Shown: piece by piece, positions 47,101 to 60,474 of the stretch
Layout of the letters: every line of letters starts with the position of its first letter
Numbering within the stretch: position 1 is the stretch's first letter
NCBI GenBank assembly: GCA_031835245.2
Contig: JAVKOQ020000066.1
Span: 1-64,000, forward strand
Source of the DNA: Balamuthia mandrillaris
Taxonomy: Eukaryota
Direction of reading: 5' to 3'
Length of the DNA: 64,000 nucleotides
Position numbers and translations under genes: made by a program
Notes under the pieces: model-generated
What the model was told of the DNA's origin: nothing
What the model saw: the letters and a program-made list of their open reading frames with translations, nothing else
Databases searched by the model: none

Positions 47101-49789
47101 CTATGAAGATTCAAAAAAAAAAACGTTTTAGCATTCTTGTTGTTGTTGGGTTGTGCTGGCAGAGAGGATGGGCAACGTACCTCAAATACCTTCAAAGCCT
47201 CAGTCAGAAGAGTGAAGAAGTAACGGATATGTGCCTGGGATTCTTGTGTCCACCATTGGTTGAGCAAATAACGGCTCATGTTTTTGAGGATATGGAGGAA
47301 ACACAGCAGCAAGTTACGCTTCTCATCATTGTCTTTGCCTTCTAGAATGTGCTTTCGCTCTCCATCCACCATCTATTAATGTGAATTGTTAATCAGTTTT
47401 TCCAGAGAAAAGGAGAAGCAGAGAAGAGAATAGGAAGAAAAATACCAAAAGGATGAATGGGAAGTAGATGCCGGCAATGCGCTCTATGACAGCAGGATCT
47501 TGATACCGCGGATCAAACTCATGTTTCACCAACAGATTCCTCAGCGTTTGAATACCCTGTTGAAAATAACGATTAGCAAAATGCTCTGAGAGAGAGAAAC
47601 GAGAAGAGAAGAGAACGACGAAGAAAAGAATTACCGTCATTCTGTTTTGCTTGTCAGGTTCTTGTAAACTGGCCATTACCTCATTAATAACGCAACCAAC
47701 CATGAAATGTTTTTGCCTTTTGTTTGGTGAGTCGCCTGTTAGTTGTTTTTTGAAACGCTTTTGTTCCTAAACAAAACAATAATAAAAGAAGAAAGTTTAC
47801 CATAAGCGCTGAACAAGTCCATCTATCTTGTCAATCTTGTCAGGAAGAGGCAAGTTTAATGGTATGTAATGCTCGTGGTCAATTACTATCTTCAGAAACG
47901 TGAACTTGAATGTGGTGAGGGTGGTCATGCCAGTAGGATTAAGTTGACTGATGTATTGATAGATCTATTTGGCATATTCGTTTGTCAGCTTTAAAAACAC
48001 GGCAGAGAAAGAGGTTAGAGTGAGAGAGAAGAAGAGATGGCGATACCAAATCAAAAGTGAAACCACGATCAGCAACGGAGAAGAGGTCTTTCATGAAGTA
48101 GGCGAGGTAAATATTGAGATCTCTGGCTTGGACAAGATTGTTCTGTACACAGCCATGCTGCACTTTCTTCATAAGATAACCCACCAATATCTTCAGATCA
48201 TCCAAGTAGACAACATCGAATCGAGCTGGCCGCGTTTCATCATTATCTGCAAATAGGGAAATTTCATAACATGAGAAATAAAGCTGGTAAATAAAAAATA
48301 AACGAACGATTGTCTTTTACCTATTTCTCCCGAGTCTTGGATTTTGAGAGCCATCGACTTAATCATGCTGCTCAACAGGAACCAAGAGAACCGTGAGCTT
48401 AAATCGTCTTCTCCCTCCGGCGCAGCCTTTTTAATAAAATAAGTTATAACCATTTAGTAAAGCAAAAACATCGCGGTTATTCATTGTTTTTCGTACCGGA
48501 CTAGCAACGTGTTCAATCCAAAGTTTACACACTTGGTGATAGATAAACCGTTCGGAGCCTCGAACGTTGTCCAAATGATAACTCACATAAGTCACCAGTT
48601 GTGGGTGTTGTTGAGGATATCCTTCCGTCGGCAATTGGCTGACACTGCGAAAGGATCCTTGTCAGTGGCTCAATTTTTCAGAAAGAGGAAAGAGGAAAAG
48701 AGAAGAAAGAAGACAAGAAGAAAAGAAACCTATTAATAATATGAAGGAGGGAGAGGAAGGCCTCCGCTCCAGCTGCGTTCGAACGGACACACATCACTTG
48801 AAAGAGTGCATCGATGATAACAGGGGAAAAACGAGCAATTTGATTCAAGCTCACGTGTCTCAAGCCACGAATGGCCTCCAGCGTGGCGGAAGTTTCAGTG
48901 CCTTTGCGGTAACGGTGGAAGAAGTTGTGCAGAAAATCGTCTTGAGTATGTATAGAAGAAGTAAGTCGTGTCTGGACAGAAAAAACTGGTTTCTTATCTA
49001 CCCACTGTTTAAATACAGGTTCAGAGAATAAAGTGAATAAGGATCACTCAACAAATAAAAAAAAGCAGGATGTGAATGTTACCTTCATGTCAGGGTTGTT
49101 GAGAGCAGATAAGTAGTGTGCAGGCAATTCTAGGGCAGCATTGAGAACATGCTCACCATCGTCTATGAGCCTTCCGTCTTGTATTAGAGGAAGTACTGCA
49201 TACGCCAACAATGTCTTTGAAAAAAAAAATATAAGATACATCAAAAAGAGGTAGAAAAGCGACGAGAAGAAATAACATACTTCAGGGCTCTTATTCTTTT
49301 CCTTCTTCTTTTTTGGCAGTTGGCAACCGATGTGGTAGAAAGCAAACACAAGATGCAACTTGGGGCTTAGGGAGGCCGGAAGACGAATCTTAATTTCATC
49401 GTAGAAAGTAGGCTTCTTGTTATGATAGTTGACGGTGGAGAAGAGCTGATCCACAAACTCTGCTCCCGAACTCTTTCCGTAGATTGCCTACATTTCATTT
49501 AAATTTTTCAATATGTGAAAATAGAAAAATAAAAGAGCATAAAAAGAGGGATAAATCCCAGGAACAAACCTGCAAGCCAGAAGCGCTGATATTTTCATCA
49601 TCTTGCAAAAGGCGAACAGCCACCGCGATGTTTCGGGATTGCGCTTTGACGTGTTGGAAGTTGAGAGAATCGAGGTAGACGTACAAGTTATGTACATAAG
49701 AGAGAAAAGGATAGAGATGAGACCCCGGGCTCCAGAATTCTTGAGCTTCTTTTATCAACTATTACGTTGTTAGAAAAATCATTTAGAGA

Positions 49790-49830
<41 letters not shown>

Positions 49831-51748
49831 AATACTTCGGCCCCAGAGCTAGCTTTAGGCAGAACAGGAATGCGAGAAGGGGAGTAACGACCCTCAATTT
49901 GTGCACTTGGATCCAGTTCTTTGACTTCCACAACACACTTTACAGGAAAGTTTTTCATTTTCTATTCAGTAGCCAAAGAGGGTTAGTGGATGCAGTTTAG
50001 ACAAACAGTGAAGATGAAGAAGAAGGGCAAGAGGAAAAGATACCTTTCTTTCTTTGTCAGAAATGAAGAAAGGAAGTTTGTCAAAAATGGACTCGTCAGT
50101 TATGTCGGAACCTTTGATACGAATCAAGTTCTGGAAGGTAGGCTCGGTGGCTGCTCGCAGTGCTCCATCCTCTGAAAAAAGAGGGTGAGCTCCCCATGCA
50201 AAAGGTTGAGTCCAGGCTCCTAATCGCTCGCATTGTACCTCCAACTCCTTTGTGAAGGTGGTCACCGCCTTTGGCTTGATCTAATGATATTTGTAACAGA
50301 ATATCAGAGCGCGAAAGAAATCAGACGAGAGAGGGAGAGGCGAGAAACATACAGTAGCGTGTTTGAAATAAGGATCACAAGCAGCATCTGGGTCGCCGGT
50401 AAGAACCTTCTCCACTCTTAAAACAAGATAGATTTCAGGACTTGGATCAGTTACAAAGAATATGATCTTTCTAGCTTTGGTTGTTGCATCTACCACTTTC
50501 TACAGTTACAATGTTCGTCAGTGACAACCAGGATGAATCAGTAAAGAAAGAAACAGAAAGATAGGAGCTAATTATGCATACCGTACGATTAGGGACCATT
50601 GACAACATCTTCTCAGAGTTGAGGTCAAAATGAAACGTATCAGAGATTCTTTCTCGCTTTTCTTTGTGGTAGAGCGTGAAGCTGCAAAAGAAAGGCTCGC
50701 GTTCTCCAAGGGCGAACCGCAGTTCCTTGCATTCTACAGTTATCTGCCTTCCTCTGTAGAATCAGATTGGTTTGGGTTAGCGAGAGAACGAAATGTGGAG
50801 AGAGAAGAGAGACCAGAGAGAAGGAGAAGAAACATACAGAGGTTCGGAAGGAAGAGAGCCAGGAGCACGAGTATCACTATCTTGAAGGTCAGTGCTCGAA
50901 AGCTGAAACAAATTGAACAAACGAGCCCTATCTTTTTGCTATAGAACAAAACAGGATGAGAAAGAGACGGAAAACGACCAAATAAAAAGAAAGGAGGCTT
51001 ACCCTATCCTTTGTGTCTTGCTTGATGACGGCAGCGTTGATAGCAAGGAGGTCCTCCTTGAGCTGGACGGCTGTTGGAGGTTCAGGCTTGCAGGTCAACT
51101 CGAACTCAAGTTTGGGCCAATCCATCGTCTTGGAGGGAAGATAGGTCTTGCCAACACCGTGTTGCTCTCGTTCCTTGTATTGCAGTTGCTTCCAGGGTCG
51201 AGTGAATACGGTCATGGAGTCCAAGATATGAGGCTCCACGCCTTCTCCCGTTTGACTAGCCGCTCTTAACTCGGCCACCACTTCTTTCTACAATGTTCAT
51301 TTTTTTAAAAAATAAAGCAACAGAGTTTAAGCAAGAAACGTGAAAAGAATAACGCAACCAAACAAAAGGACAAAAAGAGAAAGAGGGAGAGAGAAAGAGA
51401 GAAAGAGAAACGACGAAAGAAACAACGAAAGAAGAAAGCAGAAGAAAATAAGAAAGAAAACGAAACGACAAGCCTAGAAAAAGTAGCAATGCACAAACAA
51501 AACAACAGCAAGAACGGGAAAGTTACAGGAATGGAGGAGCCTTCGGTGCGTTGAACGCGCGGTTCCTTCTTGATGCAGACATCGTTCTGAGGGAAGAGAA
51601 TGACTTCCTTCAATTGGTCGGACTGGACGACGGGCGCGCGGTACAGCCTTTCGAAAAATTTGCCGGTTACCTCCAGCTTGTTGTTGTGGGCAGCCGTGCT
51701 AGAGGCAGCAGCAGAGGAAGAAGCAAGACTGGTCTTTCCCGACTGCAT
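44140..51748 (-). CDS. DOCK-family Rho/Rac GEF (zizimin, DOCK6-11 type), many exons
   Basis: DHR1/C2 motifs YLVLRVEKVL, QPFAW, NLYVY and YHNKKPTFYDEIKIRLP. DHR2 motifs SPDLRVIWL, YYRVGFYG, FVFETPF, KRKTVLTT..FP..KKRI and LQGSL..VNAGP. Confidence 0.92.
46949..47049. repeat. About 55-bp imperfect tandem duplication in a DOCK intron
   Basis: GCATGG(C/T)CATGTTTCAGT(C/T)TTTCATAGTAAAGA..TAGGCAAGAGAAC occurs twice. Confidence 0.85.
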
Positions 51749-52099
51749 CGCTGTTGCTCACTCTTATCATTTATTTTTTTGATATTTGGTTTGATGAGAG
51801 AGAATATAACCAACAAATGAAATGGGAAAAGAGGGGGCAAAGAACCTGCAAAGAAGACAAGGCACCAAGACCAAAAAACCAAAAAACAAAAAAAACGCAC
51901 TCCAATCCGATCTTAGCCTTGCTTGCCCCTGCAAAAATAAAGCGGGTGATCCAAGCGAGTCGGTTGTTGTGCGGGCCCTTGGTCTTCCACTTTCGCTCGC
52001 CCCTCTCCTGCTCTCTCTACTTTTGTTCAGTCTTTTTTGTCAACCAAAAATATAGACCCTAAATGAAAATAATGCAGGAAAACCTCAGCGATGAACACG

Positions 52100-52175
52100 T
52101 CGCGCGTTCGATCCTTAGTAGTCGTTGTTTTTCTTTGTATTTGTTTACCCTCGCTCATTTCGCGCGTTCGATCCT
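52100..52175. promoter_or_regulatory. 16-bp direct repeat TCGCGCGTTCGATCCT, 60 bp apart, in the DOCK/MIOS divergent promoter
   Basis: Copies at 52100-52115 and 52160-52175. Confidence 0.55.
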
Positions 52176-52220
52176 GGCCGTAAGTGATTATTACGATTTT
52201 TTATGATTGTTTGGGAGACG

Positions 52221-53659
52221 ATGAGGTAAGACGTAACCAAGTAGGGAAATCGTGACGTCAGAGAGTCATTTCTTGCATAACAAAAATAACACAGAGAAGA
52301 ACCGAAAAAAAAAGAAGGAAGGCAAGTAGCAGAAGAAGAAGGGAGAAAGAAAAGTAGCAGGTGAGCCGCTTCCCTCTTCTCTCTCTCTCTCTCTTTTCTG
52401 TGCACACAAAGCAAAACACACCGGACAACCATTCTAAGCATTTTGCAGCGCAATACAGTCAGTGCAGTTTTTTTTCTCCTATTTTTTTTTTTTTGTGTGC
52501 ACACCCTAGTTGTAGCTAATCTTTCATCTCTCTCTCGTTCTGCTGTTCATCTCATCTGGGCAATTATTTTATTTATTTTTTTTTGAAAAAAGTATTTCGA
52601 AAGTGGAGACAGAAAAGCAACTCGTGCCGTCCTCTCACGCCTTGAGCCAGAGGAGAAAGCTGGCCCAATGGTCCCCCACGCACTTTAACCAATTTGTGAT
52701 CGGCTCTGCCGACCTGCGTCTCTACGAGATCTCTCCTTTGAAGGTTCGGTTTTTTCCTTGATGATTTGATACTTCTTCCTCGCTTTCTGTGTGTTTCTCC
52801 GCCTTTGTGTCTGTTTCTTAGTTATTCTTTGTTGTTTCCCCCTTTGTTTTGTTTCTTTGTTCTTCGGTTTTCATTTTCTTTGTTCTCTTTGTGGTTCTTC
52901 CCTTTTCTTATGGGTTGGTATGCTGTAGGATTCAGAACAGGACTCACAACCAGGTTCTTCTCCTTCGCGCGAGCTTGGTGAGCACCTTTATTTTCCCTCG
53001 TTCTCCAAAACCTCTCATCACTCTCGTTATCTTTCTCACCTCTCTCTCTCTCTCTCTCTTCCAGCACATCACAACAAACGGAGAAAAGGCATTAAACTTC
53101 TTAGCGTCAACTCTGAAGTTCATCTTTTGAAGGTTTCTTTTCTGCTCCTTTCCTTCTCTGCTCTCATGACTCTAATCCTTTTATCCAGTGTTTAGCATGG
53201 TGTCCAGATGTGGAGACGACACCAAATCTATTGGCAGTAGGCTTGCCCAACGGCAAGGTGGTGCTGACTAGCTTTTCCGGCACCAACTCGGTAGTAAAAG
53301 AATTCATCCCACGAAACTCGCGGTCCTGCAATGCCCTCGCCTGGAATCCTGTCTATAAGAATCAGCTGGCTGCCGGTCTGGGCAAAGTTCGATGCGACTT
53401 TTCAACTCTTGTTTGGGACATAAACCAAACAGGTTTGTTTGTTTTTTTGCTTTGTTATGTCGTGGACAAACTTAAACAAAAAACAAAAACAAAAAGGACC
53501 TGGCACCATTCCACCAGCCACCCCTCCGATGCGCCATTCAACACATTCCAGCAGGTGACTATATTTCTTTGTTTAAGCGCGCGCTTGAGTGAGAAAGAGA
53601 AAGAGAAAGAGAAAGAGAAAGAGAAAGAGAAAGAGAAAGAGAAAGAGAAAGAGAAAGAG

Positions 53660-53701
<42 letters not shown>

Positions 53702-55558
53702 GGAACGTCTCTAAATGTAATACCGCAGCAATGTCACCGTGCAGGCCAATGTCGACACGGGCAATTTCTCTCTGAGCCAGACCAAAGCGGCTGACACGGT
53801 AATGCGACCAATGGGCGAGGTCAATATGTCAGAAGCCACAGTAGCTTTGGCGTGGGTGCCCAACCAGCCCTCCTGTCTGGCCACCGGTACAGGAGCCAAG
53901 TGGCTGCGTATTTACGACTTGCGTGCTTCCGATTTGAGCGCTAGAAAGTCTGTTATCGCACATTCGAAGGCTGTGCATGGAGTTTCCTTTGATCCGTTTA
54001 AGGATGACCGTCTTTTCACTTTTTCTGAAGATGGTACAGGCCTTCTCTCTTTCTCTCATAGTTATTGCTCACAGAATCATTTGTTATTTTAGGCGTGATA
54101 AAGATTTGGGATATTCGTAAGCTTAGAGATTGTGTACGAAGATTTCGCTATTCAACCTTTCATAAACCCATCAGCTCACTTAACAAAACAAAAATAAAAA
54201 ACAGGTATATGCCTTCCAAACAGGAAGTAAGGGACTTGTTCAAGTGGAGTGGTGCCCGACACGGAGCAGCATTCTGGCGTCTATTTCCAAGGAAGACAAA
54301 ACATTAAAGTTATGGGATCTTATGGACGTTAATCACAGCACCCGTAACTTCAGCGACACATTGGAAGACTTACCCTCTCCGTCCTCCGTTACTCAAAAGA
54401 AAGCTCCGAAATCTGCTCGAGGTGCCTTTCCTTTATTTTCAGCATTGTTACTTTCAAATCATTAATTTCCGAACAAAACAGTGCATGAAGCATCAGACGT
54501 GCTATCGTCATTTGCTTGGCATCCAAGCAAGGAATATCGTATCTTAACAGTGACTAACAACAGCCTGGTGGAAGTGGTTTCTTTGCATGAGAGCATTCCC
54601 ATCTCATGGTCACCCTATGGAGACATTGCTTTTGCTTACGGTCGTCAGCTTATCGAAAGCGGTTCGGATCTTCAGGTCCATAATCCTACACCCCCTACAA
54701 GGTTTGTTCTTCCTCGTTAGATGTGTTTTAGATGCGTTTAACTTACATCTTATCTTATTTAATAGAAAAGGGGCTTCTGTTTCTCCAACAGCAGAGTGGG
54801 ACATATCTTCTATGATGAGACAGAGAGCTATAAATGGCTATTCCATGAATGTACCTATCTCCTCCTTTTCTCAGAAGAGTAGCTCACCCTTTCTAAAAAA
54901 TAACAAAGATTGAGAAAAATAAACTGCTTTGTGAAGCCTTTGGTAATGCTGAATTGAAGGCCTGTTGGTTCTGGTTGAGCAGTCTCGAATCATATAAAAG
55001 CAATGGCACACAAAGTTCTTCCGGCGGAGGTACTACTAAAACACCATTGAATCAAGAGTATCCCAGCATCCTGTCCATCCTTTCTTCAGAGTCTCAAGGT
55101 AAACCTTTTGTTGGCTTGTTTGTTTTTGTTCTCCAACGCTTATTTATTTGTTAAACCAACCAACCAACCAACCAACCAACCAACCAACCAACCAACCAAC
55201 CAACCAACCAACCAACCAACCAACCAACCAACCAACCACAACCAACCAACCAACCAACCAACCAAAACCAACCAACCAACCAACCAACCAACCAACCAAC
55301 CAACCAACCAACCAACCAACCAAACAAACAAACAAACAAACAAACAAACAAACAAACAAACAAACAAACAAACAAACAAACAAACAAACAAACAAACAAA
55401 CAAACAAACAAAATAATTTTAGAGTCTGAGACAAAAGAGGTAGAGGGTCAACCAGGTGCTAGCGTGTACAGCAGTCCAACACGGCAACTTTGCATGCGCA
55501 TGTGCGGTTGGGACTTTGTCTCTCATTCATTTGAAGACATGATGGCAAAGTGCGAGCT

Positions 55559-55593
<35 letters not shown>

Positions 55594-57215
55594 AAAAAAT
55601 TACTTCATTGTCTCATCTCTCTGTTTCTGCAAAAAAGACTGGAGCGAAAAGGTCAATTCGAGCGAGCAGCAGCTATGGCTGTTTTTCACCTGAACATCCG
55701 GCGCGCTATTCTCTCTCTTCAACGCGGTGTAGCTACAGGAGGCCCTCAAAGTACGCTTCATCGCCACCGCAAGAAATCATCCTTACAAACATTCTCCCCT
55801 CTTAGAGCAAAATTGGATGTTGGTGGCAATGGCTCTCTCTGGCTATGATGGAAACTCGGCATCAGGACTGAACCCTGGTCTGTGGAAAGAGACCTGCAGC
55901 GAGTTGGTCGACCAATTTCAAAGCAGTTATTTGAAGGCCTGCTTTGAGTTTTTGAGCTCCCCCAGCAAAACCTTTACCGACATTCTTTTGCATTATGATG
56001 ACATGTCGCTGCGCGACCGAATTGCATTCGCTTGCCGCTTCCTTCCTGACACTGAGGTTCGTTTAGTTTGCTCTCTCTCTCTCTCTCTCTCTCTCTCATG
56101 TTTTCCTTACTTATGATGTCCCCTACAGTTGAAAACATATATTACAGAAGTTACCAATCTGGCAATTAAAGGCGGTAAGCTGGAAGGAATGCTACTAACA
56201 GGATTGACCCCAATGGGTGTTGATCTTTTGGAGAGTTACATCAATATTACAGGAGATGTACAGGTAACTAATAGGTTTTTTTTTCTTGCTTTCTGTTTGC
56301 TGCTTCGCTTCAAGCTTGTTTCACACAATGCTGATCCACTTTCTTTTGTGCTGAAGACTGCCTGTCTTTTGATGATGAACGTGGTGCCGAAACAGTTTAC
56401 CGATGAACGGGTGTATCGCTGGATGGAATGGTATTCCTCTTTCTGCTTTCTTTCTATTTCTTCTGCTGCTTCGCTGTTCTTCTTCCTGTTTCCCTCTTCT
56501 TCTTGTATTCTTCTTGTTTCACTTCAAACTTCCACTTTACTGACTTTTGTATTAAAAAGTTATCGTGGTCTGTTGGATGTATGGCAATTATGGCATGAAC
56601 GAGCGATGCTGGATGTGGCTTGCGTGGCATACATGGATACTATCAAGCCACCTGCTCAGGTTTATGCCCGCTGCAACTTTTGTGGTCACACACTTTCGCT
56701 AGGAATGATCACTCCCGGCAAGCTCAGCAGAGCTACACGTTCTTTTGGTCTTACTCGTCCTACAAATCTTAGCGACAAGAAACAAAAGGTTCGTCACTTA
56801 AGCGGAAGAGAGAGAGAGAGAGAGAGAGAGAGAAGGAAAACCAGCAGAAAATTTGCTAACTCTTTTAACATACAAAAAGATTTCTAGCTGTCCAAATTGT
56901 AACAAGCCGCTTCCTTTATGTGCGGTATGTTTATTACCGTTTGGTTGCAGCACTCCGATTTTCAATCGGAGAGGAAAAGAATCCAGTACGTGCACCCCCG
57001 CTCCCGTTTTCCTTCTCCGCTTACTTTTGGCTTATTTTTGCCTTTTAAAAAACCAAATAGCATACTGGTCAGAAGGAAACTCCGCATTTGGGGACTGGTT
57101 CACTTGGTGCCAAACATGTCGGCATGGCGGCCATGCAAAGCATATCATGGACTGGTTTTCTAGTCACGAAGAGTGCCCTGTTACAGACTGCAATTGCAAG
57201 TGCTCCTCCTATTAA
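52221..57215 (+). CDS. MIOS: GATOR2 complex protein MIOS (WD40 + solenoid + zinc finger); start codon uncertain
   Basis: [20 protein letters not shown]...[46 protein letters not shown] and [21 protein letters not shown]. Confidence 0.9.
53591..53698. repeat. (GAGAAA)n-(GA)n microsatellite in a MIOS intron
   Basis: Read directly. Confidence 0.9.
55154..55412. repeat. Compound (AACC)n(AAAC)n tetranucleotide microsatellite in a MIOS intron
   Basis: About 260 bp read directly. Confidence 0.95.
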
Positions 57216-57703
57216 ACCTGCCAAACCCAACCCCTCTTGTGCCGGAAGTAACACACCTGCTGTTAGTAACCCCGCCCCCTCGTAAAACTTTTTCTCAAGT
57301 ATAAAACTTGGTGCTTTGTCTTGTAAAAGAGTGAAATAGTCCACACCACACACACCACACAAAGAAAGAAAGAGATGAGGAAAAATATAATGAATGGGAG
57401 AAGGAAAACCAAAAAACAGAAAAAAATTAAAAAAACAAAACTTGGTGGCCCTCTTTATCGCGTTGTTTGGTTGGTGGTGGAGAAGAAAGGAGAGAGGAGA
57501 TGGCTGCTGAACGGATGTTTAACGTTACAGTGCAGGAGGGAAAGAGAAATGGAGGGGGATGAGTTGGGGCTCAGCAATGGTCACGGCTCCTTCTCCCTTG
57601 TCATAGTAAAGTAGCAGAAGTAACGGTAGACCACAAACAAACAAACAAAAAAAAAAATGGAAAAGAAAGAGAGCCGAAATGCCCGACGGTGCAGTCGGGT
57701 GCT

Positions 57704-60310
57704 TTAGCCAAACGTCATCGCAATAACGCCCTTGGCATCGGCTTTCTTCTTGGGAGGTTTGGTCTTGGGGCTGTTCTTGTGTTTGCTGTGCTTGCCTTTT
57801 CCGCGTTTGGTGTCCGCGCTGATGTTCTCTGCGGATTCGGCTCCGCCCTCCGAGGCGGACTCGCCGCCAGCTGAGCCCTCTCCAAAGGAGGCGTTGACAC
57901 CGCTTCCTTCTCCCTCGCTGCTGACGGCACCGGCCGCCGCCTCTTCCGCAATGGAGGAGGACAGCGAGGAGGAGAGGCCAGACTCGGACTCGGTGCCAGA
58001 TGCAATGCCGCTTTCGGACTCGGAGAGACCGGATTGGGCGCCGTCCTTGGCGCTGCCCTCGTCGCCGCTTTGTTGCTTGCTGCTCTTGAGCTTTCGGTCG
58101 CCACCCTCCGCCGCTGCCTTCTGTTTCTCCTCCTCCTTTCGCAGTCGTTCCGCTTCCTCTTGGTCGGCAATGGTCTGTGCCAACCTGGCCGAGACTTCCT
58201 GTAATTCGGAGACAATGGTGCGCAGGCGTTCGGAGAGGTCGTCGGGAAGGCCGCTGCATACTGTGTCGCAGTGGTTGTTGATGTATTGGAAGACATCCAA
58301 GTAGATTTTGTCAGGTACACGGCGCATTATAGCGGCATTGTCCAATGTTGTCTCTGGTTTGATTTTCTACGTATTCAAAGCGTTAATGCTTGCCATGAGA
58401 GGGAGAAAAGAGGGGAGAGGGTGCAACAAAGTGGATCGTACCAGGACTTTATCATAAAAGTCGGACATTTTGGAGCCATGTTTGGCGAGGAAGGGATTCA
58501 TACAGACCATGTACTCCTCCTTCTCTCCAAAGGTAACCTCATTAACGAGGTTCTGCAAAATTTTGGTGACGAGGATCAAGAACCTGCGGGTTGGGGGCTT
58601 ACAATCGCCCTCTCCGACAATACCATAGGATTCGGGTGACACGATAGCGGGACACACGAATCGCAAGAAGATGATAGCGCCAAGAGCCAAATTTTGAGCA
58701 TCCGGGAATCGGCTCTGCACTTGCTCAGACAGGAAACGGCACAAATCAGCAAGATCACTGTGATGAAAAACATTAGGATGGCCAAAGTTAGCGTAACCAC
58801 CACTGCGGCTAGCCCATGAGAGAGGGTTTGGTTACGTACGAAGGAAGTCTGGAAGCAGAGCCGACAATGGCCTTCAAGAATTTGCCAGCAGTTTTGTTAA
58901 GATTTTTTTGGTTCTTTTTGAGATCTTTTTCAAGTAGAGGGGTTGAGCTCTTTCCAGGGTCCACCTGTGACAAAGAAAGAAAGTATTTGAGCACAAAGCA
59001 GAGTCTTTCGCCAATCTTACTGGAAAGAACACAAGGTTATACCTCACAACGTTGGTTCGCAGTAGCAAGTGGGCGAATGAGCGGTGTTAGCGTTTGCAGC
59101 AAGTAAGGTTCTCCGACTACTTTGAGGTACTCGCTCAAAACTTTCACGGGTAATGTTTCACCCCGCAATAATTGAATTGTGTTCTCTGTAAACGCGATAG
59201 AGAAAGAGATTAGTCAAAGCAAATGGTTGTAAAGGGAACAGCCAGCAAACCTGCTGTTTCCACTTCATGACGAATAGCCAATTTTAGAAGGGGCATCTCA
59301 TTGCCGTTAAACCAAGAAAGAAGGAGAAGAGACTTAGGAAGAGTGCTCAAAGAATCATCGCTCTTGTAGGACTTGAAGATGGCTGTGACAAGTTCCTGCT
59401 TCTCGGAAAGAAGCATCTTTTCCATGCCTTCGAACAGGTTGGGTTTTTGAAGGTATTCCAAAGAAATAGTAACGTCCGCAATGTGTTTTCCCCTTCTGCC
59501 CACCAGCTTCAAAGCCTTTTCGTCAGCTTCTCCTTTGCGCAACAGCTCCATCAAATCTAATTCCTAAATGTTTATCAGGTTATAGGTGAGTTGCTGTTTT
59601 GAACAAAACAGGCGCGCTCAAAAGAGGATTAGAGGGAAACAACGTACAATGGTGAGACCGGCTTCTTTAATCCAACGAGTCTCTTGTGTAACAAGATCAA
59701 CACGGCTTGTGTTCAAGCTTACTTCCACTTCGGGAAAGTATTCAGCCACAGGACTAAAGTATAGCAACCGGTTAGTATTTCTATTTCGATAAGAGGGAGA
59801 GGGAACTTCAAAGAAAATCGTACAAGCGAAACTCGGTGTTCCAGACTTGCTCAGTGCCGGACTTTGGTTCGGTCTCTCCCAGACCGGTCTCTACGCGTAC
59901 CGAGCACTGGAGCTTCGGGTCGATGCCCTTCATCGGTGTGTGCAAGCTTCCGGTCTTCACTGTGGTGATGGAGCGAGAGCAGATAAACGACGATTAAACA
60001 AAAAAATCATCCAATAAAGTCAAAAAAAAATTAAAAAAAAAACAGAGCGATGTGTGGATTGGGGTTGCGCAAATAAAAAACTCTCCGATTACTTCTGAAG
60101 CAGAGCCGGAGGAAACAGAAGAGTAGCGATGGAGGCGCATTTTTTTTAAAAAAAATACTTACCGATGACAAGCAGTTCACCGAGCTCATCTTTGGCCTCC
60201 TCAAAGATCTTTGGTCTGCGCAGGTTCGCATTGACCTTGGAGCCCCGCCTCTTTGGGGTGGTGCCACCACCGCCAGCATCTCCACCAACGCCGCCGCCGT
60301 TCAGCAACAT
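57704..60310 (-). CDS. Ras GTPase-activating protein (RasGAP domain; possible degenerate C2-like N-terminus; acidic/basic tail)
   Basis: LLRGET, YLKVVGEPYLLQTL, C.VDP, FLRFVCPAIVSP, LVTKILQNLVN and FGEKEEYM..MNPF. Confidence 0.88.
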
Positions 60311-60435
60311 TGCTTCTCTGCTCCTGTGTGTGTTCGTTCGTCCGATAAAGTTCTGCCCCTTAATTTTAGTTATTTTTTCGGTTAACCGGTAAAAAAAAAG
60401 TTAGGGTCACCACCCCACCACCACAGCAAACAATG

Positions 60436-60474
<39 letters not shown>

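Noticed and set aside
52100..52190. tRNA gene suggested by GTTCGATCC
   Set aside because: No T-stem pairing, A-box or cloverleaf.
55108..55434. ORFs such as NQPT/FVCL repeats
   Set aside because: Translations of an intronic microsatellite.
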